From: the human T2T-CHM13v2.0 reference genome, Homo sapiens | Length of the DNA: 64,000 nt | Assembly: GCF_009914755.1 (NCBI RefSeq) | Contig: NC_060944.1 | Strand: one strand, 5' to 3' | In this document: in pieces, positions 53,805-64,000 of the stretch | Position numbering within the stretch: the first letter of the stretch is position 1 | Layout: every line of letters begins with the position of its first letter | Program-made: the position numbers and the translations under genes | The notes under the pieces: model-generated | Seen by the model: the letters and a program-made list of their open reading frames with translations, nothing else | Told to the model about the DNA's origin: nothing | Databases searched by the model: none

Positions 53805-54581
53805 TGATCCGCCCATCTCAGCCACCCAGAGTGCTGGGATTATAGTTATGAGCAACCGTGCCCTGTTAGCGGGTTATGTTCTAACCCCTGACAATGAACA
53901 TTTTCCCTGCTCTCCTGGAGTGTATGTTTTAGTCAAGAAAGGCTGAAAGCGATCAAGAGAGCAAACAAGTTCATTATTAATAATCGTGATAATTGCTCTG
54001 AAGGAAACGGGGCCTAAGGTCAGAAAACCAGAATCATAATTTTTGTTCTTGACCCAGGGCCAGGCACAATATTTCGACGATGCCAAAAACTCAGTGATTT
54101 ACATAAATTATACATATATATACGATTTTTTTCTTTTTCTTCTGTCACCCAGGCTGGAGTTGCAGTGGTGCGATCATAGCTCACTGCAGCCTAGAACTCC
54201 AGGGCTCAAGTGATCCTCCCACTTCAGCCTCCTGAGTAGCTAAGACCACAGGGGTGCACCACCACACCTGGCTAATTATTAATTAATTAATTATTTCAAT
54301 GTTTTATTTAAAAAATTATTTATATAGAGATGGGGTCTCACTGTGTTGCCCAGACTGGTCTCAACCTCCAGGGTTGAAGCCATCCTCCCACCTCAGCCTC
54401 CCAAAGCGCTGATATTACAAGCATAAGCCACTGCACTGGGCCTATATAAATAATACTTTAGGCTGGGCACAGTGGCTCACGCCTGTAAGCCCAGCACTTT
54501 GGGAGGCCGAGGCGGGCGGATCACCTGAGGTCGGGAGTTTGAGACCAGCCTGACCAACATGAGGAAACCCCATTTCTGCTA

Positions 54582-55018
<437 letters not shown>

Positions 55019-55098
55019 TCATAGTGAAACCCCGTTTCTACTAAAAATGGAAAAATTAGCCAGGCGTGGTGGTACACGCTTGTAGTCCCAGCTACTCA

Positions 55099-55197
<99 letters not shown>

Positions 55198-55408
55198 TCA
55201 TCTCAAAAAGAAAAATAAAAAAAATCAAAATAGGCCGGGCAACATGGCTCACGCCTGTAATCCCAACACTTTGAGAGGCTGAGGCGGGCAGATCACAAGG
55301 TCAGGAGTTCGAGACCAGCCTAACCAACATGGTGAAACTCCGGATCTACTAAAAATACAAAAAAAAATGACAGGCATGGTGGTGCGTGCCTGTAATCCCA
55401 GCTACTCA

Positions 55409-56214
<806 letters not shown>

Positions 56215-56231
56215 TAGCCAGGATGGTCTCA

Positions 56232-56321
<90 letters not shown>

Positions 56322-56487
56322 TTAAGGCTTTATGAGGATTTGTCCAGAACTTCACACAGGAAGAGCTCAATACATGCTTATTACTCTTTTATTATTTTCA
56401 TCAATATTATTAATCCTACGGTTGTGTACCACAGAACAAATATTTAAGCAATAACATCAAAATTTCAGAAAACTAAATGGGCTAGTT

Positions 56488-56935
<448 letters not shown>

Positions 56936-57129
56936 CTACTAAAAATACAAAAATCAGCTGGACATGGCGGCTGAGCGCTTGTAATCCCAGCTAATTGGGA
57001 GGCTGAGGCAGAAGAATAGCTTCAACCCGGGAGGCGGAGGTTGCAGTCAGCTGAGATCCCACCAGGGCACTCCAGCATGGGCGACACAGTGAGACTCCGT
57101 CTCAAAAAAAAAAAAAAAGAATATTCTGA

Positions 57130-57262
57130 GAATAAGTCTACATATTGGGTGCAGCATGCACTGCTTGGGTGACGGGTGCACTAAAATCACAGAAGTCACC
57201 ACTAAAGAGTTTATGTAACCCCAAAACCACCTGTACCCCAAAAGTTATTGAAATAAAAGTTT
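57130..57262 (+). mobile_element. L1PB-like 3' end
   Basis: CACTGCTTGGGTGACGGGTGCACTAAAATC...CACCACTAAAGA...AACCACCTGTACCCC...TATTGAAATAAAA. Confidence 0.8.
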
Positions 57263-57344
57263 AAAAAATTAAGCTATTATAGGCCGGGCACGATGGCTCA
57301 TGCCTGTAATCCCAGCACTTTGGGAGGCCAACGCGGGCAGATCA

Positions 57345-57595
<251 letters not shown>

Positions 57596-57715
57596 CTATT
57601 ATCATTACATATGTTTATTATACTCTTTGCACATAAAAGTTTATACATTTTCGGCCGGGCGCGGTGGCTCACACCTGTAATCCCAGCACTTTGGGAGGCC
57701 GAGGTGGGCGGATCA

Positions 57716-58000
<285 letters not shown>

Positions 58001-59688
58001 TTAACCTTTGGTTACTAAAAAAAATATATTGATAGATGGCAAGCATGCTTCCAAACGGATTGGACTTGTTGTAGTCAATTGATGTTTATGATTTAAAAAA
58101 AAAAAAGAAAACAAAACCTGTTCATTTAAACAATCATTATTATTTCCAGGTATTTTATGAGGAAGGGGCTTACACAGACATTTCTGTAACTAATAAATTA
58201 TTTTTCTGCTTCTTTAGAGTTAATTATTCACAGTTACTTTGCGTAGTTACATGAGTTAGCTCTTCCCAACATTAGTAGTATTTGTTTTGTTTTGTTTTGT
58301 TTTTGGAAAATTTTCATCTAAATCACCGTGGGATATAATCACCATTCCACATGTTGCTTTGTTCAGTTGTACAGTACCTACCTTAGCCTCTGTAAAATTT
58401 GGTAAATATCACTGCTTTCTGGTTAAGTTCTGTGGAAGAAGGCAGAAAAAAAAATTACACCTCCCATGTCCCTTGTTGAATTAAGAGTACACAGACTTCT
58501 CTTTCCCCTTTTTTAAAATAAGTATCGTGGCAGTTGAAAACAGGTGCTAATTCAGTTCATTCACGATATGAGAAAGATCAATGTACATTTGAAACTCTCT
58601 TCAGAGCAGAAAATGGTTAAGAGTTGCGCAAAACAGAAAGCAGGTCCTTTTCTAAATATAGCAACGTCATATGACCCCACTGGTCTTTGTACTCAGAGAA
58701 TTAAGGTATTAGACACATTGCTCCACGGATGCAGCATATAATTACTCTGGGGAAGAGGGACTATGACCAACGAGCACAGATATTGATATAAATATTGGGC
58801 TTGTGTCTGTCCTTTTTGATCTAAGGAAATAGACTTTTGAATGTTTCTGGGACATCCCCACATGACAGCTTGTCAACTGTGTAAACTTTCCCACTGCACA
58901 CAGAAAACAGTTCTTCCATCTCTTTGGTTTTATTTTTATACCCCTTTTCACAGCAGTCAATGTTTAAACACTTTTCAAACAGTAGACTTTTTTTTGTCTA
59001 TTTCCTTCTTTAACTGTGAGGTCTCAAACTGATGCTAATTCAGTTTTGTTGGTTATCATGATCATTTATGATACTAGATAGTTCTCAATTTAGGTCCCCT
59101 GTAATTAATCTCTGTGAACGTGGTGTTTTGTTTGTTTTGTTTGGTAACAACTCTTTACAGGGTAATTTGGACATGTATCCTTAAAGCTTTTAGTGCTTTT
59201 TAATTTTTTTAGTCTTTATTTTTAAAGACCATTTCAAGTTTACTGTGTATCTGGGAGAAATTAAAGATTAAATTGGGAGTGCAATGTTCAAGAGCTATCA
59301 CTGCATTTAAATGTGTTTATCTGCAAGCTAAAATTCTTAACACCACCATTCTATTTTGCAGGAGGTAAGTCTTTCCAGCCAAGCAAGGGTTTGCAAAGCC
59401 GAGGTTAGTCAGTAAGGGCCGATACATATTAAAATTGAGAAAAGGCCTGTCCAAGCTTGGGGAAAAGCAGCTGTTCTCACACTGCTATCAGCATTTATCA
59501 AGGGGGAAATTTTTGTGTTAGCCCTCTGGGCCCACGGGAGGGAAGGAGTAGAAGGAAGTAACTATGATAGTTGCATATTTGAAGGAAGCAGAGGCCTCAG
59601 CTGGTTGCTAAAAAATCAATTTAAAAAATAAATGATGGAGCTCAGGCATACGGCAAGTTGTGGACTGAGAATTTGGTTTCAGGATTAG

Positions 59689-61145
<1,457 letters not shown>

Positions 61146-61149
61146 TCAA

Positions 61150-64000
61150 AATAAATATATAAGTAATAAAGAACCGCGAACGCAGCTTTCCTTTTTGAAT
61201 GCTGAGTGAGGATCCCTGGCCAGAGGGAAACTTGGGCAGATACCAGTCACGATTCACCAGGAGCGCTCCGGATTCAGGGTTTTACTTCCTTAATTACAGA
61301 ACCGAAACTGGCTAAGTGTTGACTGATCAAGAGTTAAGAGTTTCGAAGTTAAGGAAGCAGTAAACTCATTTCCAAGAGTTGTCTTCCCAAACTACTCCTT
61401 CTCCTAATACGTGTAGGATTTTCCTAGTCTAAGACAGAGGTCTCTCTCTCTCTCTCTGTCTCTTGCTCTCTTTCTTTCCCTTTAATAACCCCAAGTATTT
61501 GATAGTTCATTAATATGAAAGAGAGTTTTGTAGTTTCCTTAATAAAATGTTGAGCACCTCCAGAAGGGAGAGAATTTCCCCCAATAACATTATCTATGGA
61601 CATTTTCTGCCTTTTTGTGAAACCTCCCTGAAGCTTAGCCCTGCCTTCATTTCTGATTAATCACTTGGGCTCACAAGATAATTCAGGAATCACACTCCAC
61701 CAGCAGTGAACTATCTTTAGGAGATGAATTGATTAAAACTCACTGTTTGATGACTTGGGTTTGATACGGTTCAGCATTTTTCGAATACAATTAGAGATAT
61801 TTAAATCTTTCCAATAAAAGGAGAAGGTGGATTTTTTAAAAATCCACCATATGTCTCTAAATCATTTTCATTTTATCTAAAGAATGGGGAATTTAACATC
61901 TCCAGAAATATCTGGCTTCCTTTTTTTTTTTTTTTTAATGTAGTCAGTAGGTCAAAAAAAAAAAAACCCACATGTAATAGGAAGTGAACATATTATACAC
62001 GTTTTAAAAATTTGTTCATATATATATCATTTAAACCTGAGTCCTCTAAACTTTGTTCCTATAGAATTTTCACTGTATATTTTCACACATATATATTTTT
62101 ATATGTTTATCCATACGTAAATACTTACACACAGTGAGGTTATTGAGAAAGTAGTCTTGGAATCCAGATACTAAAACCACAACACTTTAGAATTGGAAAC
62201 CATACAATTTTGTTTATTCCAGCTCTATCATTATAGAAAGGGATACTTGGGCTGAGAGAAGTTATTTAGCTTGCTTGAAGATCTTTGTATTCTGGTCTTG
62301 AATTTGCCACATAATAAATATTGCACTTAACCTTGAGGGTTTCTGTCTCCTCATCTGTAAAATAGGTCCACTGGAAGACGATTTTTAATTTAGTTGAATG
62401 TATCTGATTTTGCAAACACGGGGGTTTTGGAGCATGCAAAAGAGGATGATGTTCAGGAGTCCAAATGACTAGTCAGCCCAACCTTTTTAGCCAATGGATT
62501 CATTTATTTTGGCCCTGGACAGGTATTAGCTGTCCTTTAAAAGATTGGCTTCTGGCAGTTTGGGTTTCCCCCACACGTTTGCTTCTGTGTATTTTTATCA
62601 GCCCTCGACTCAGAAGAATCCAATTAGAGTCAATTCCTTTAGTGCAAGTGGCAGCAAATACTAGACTATCCAGAATTGTCAGAATCTTGTTTCCTGCTTT
62701 ACCCAGCCGTCTTGTCTCCATTTTACATAGTTTTCAGCTTTGCTGGAGGAATAGGCCTGCTGTACTTTTTGGAATTTCCTCAGCCACTCATCATTTCAGG
62801 CTGAACATTAATGATTTATCCAGCAAAGGTTATTAAAATTGACTATAGTCTCTGAAGAAAGGATAGTTTGTCAAACCCACATCTTAAGACTCATTGGATA
62901 TATTTTGCATGAATTGTGATTAATGCAAGGTAATTTCAGAGGATGGCTTTTGCTAATTAATAAATCAATCACATTGACTCATCTTGGTAGACTGAACTTT
63001 AAAAGTTCATTACTGACTTGCTCAAAACCAGAATCCCACACATACATAGTTTAGTGGTTTAAGGCAATTCTTAAGAAAGCAAACAGATTGAGCAATACTT
63101 TAATTCAGAAACAAATTGCTTAATCTGTGTCCTCTAAAAATAACGTGCCTGAGAAAGAAAAACTATAAAATACAGGCAATACACTAACATATTCCTGCTT
63201 CTTGATTGATTTCACATATACAACAAAGCTCACATCATTATAAAAGATTTGGAAAGGTCATATGGAAACATCACACTACCAATAGAAGGATTTCTGAAGT
63301 AGTTGAAAGCACCAACTTTACCTAAAACAACAAAACAAAACAAAAAATGTAACCAAGTTGTTATAAATTGTCCGCTCTAAAGTTCTAGAGATCTTATGGA
63401 ATAAATGCAGGCTATTATTATTATTATTTTTTGCTTCTGCCCAAAGCGAAGTTTAGTTATTTAAAAAGCCACTGGAATTGTGCTTTCAAGAAAGCAAAAA
63501 TGGCTTGTGTTTTTCATATTACTTTGAAAGGGACAGACATGCCCTTCAACAGAAAGCAATAAGCTGCCATTCAAAGAATGGAGTTTCCCTGCAGCTAATG
63601 GCAGTGGGATCTGAATCAGATAATACACATATGTAGAATCTTTAGGACCAAACCACAAAAAAAAAAAAAAAAAAAAAATCAAAGCAAAGCAAAAAGCAAA
63701 ACAAAACAAAACAAAAAAAGAAGAAGTGTAATTCAAGTCCTGTATAAATTAAACCTACAGTAATTTTCTCAAAGTGTATTTTCTGTTTTAGGTTACTAGA
63801 GTATTTTAAAACTTTCTCCATGAACAAATAGGAATGTCCATATACAAAAAAAAGTGGAACCTGGATTCCAGCCAGGAGGGGTCTGCAACCACGTAGAACA
63901 ATTGGAGACTTAACAATCTGTAATATTCGTGTTATATTCTATAATATTCACTGAAATAGACCTCAATGACTTTGAGCTCAGGACTCCATGAATTTCTTCC
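61150..64000. other. Alu-free AT-rich unique region, possible conserved non-coding/enhancer sequence
   Basis: About 2.9 kb with only MIR remnants (~62220-62370). AP-1 TGACTCA at ~62975 and several TAAT homeobox-like motifs. Confidence 0.35.

Noticed and set aside
62465-62836. 123-aa ATG-initiated ORF in unique sequence
   Set aside because: No recognisable domain and no evident promoter or splice context; length is compatible with chance in 64 kb. PhyloCSF or Ribo-seq would be needed to revive it.

Overview
This is primate (human or great ape) genomic DNA, not a prokaryotic or viral sequence. By hand I count about 95-100 Alu elements or fragments (roughly 40% of the window, AluJ/S/Y), mixed with older L2, MIR, L1M and MER fossils and microsatellites. 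No protein-coding exon is supported; nearly all listed ORFs are Alu-derived or low-complexity. The window begins in a CpG-island promoter/first exon of a minus-strand gene that I recognise from memory, unverified, as ZNF217 (20q13.2); the rest would be its upstream region. The main structural results are: (1) two further minus-strand promoters at ~3.9 kb and ~16.1 kb with matching layout (CCAAT at about -100, TATAAAAAC at about -28, short first exon, splice donor), of which only the distal exon carries uATGs; (2) a second CpG island at ~14.2-15.1 kb with a plus-strand donor, suggesting an antisense lncRNA running through the distal promoter; (3) a ~290-bp inverted duplication of an L2 fragment; (4) a ~0.55-kb direct duplication whose shared AluJ was later interrupted independently in each copy; (5) a 25-bp GC-box tandem duplication in the main promoter; and (6) several Alu rearrangement scars and non-B DNA tracts. 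I found no convincing previously undescribed biological system. The findings are regulatory and genome-evolution hypotheses, and repeat boundaries are approximate.
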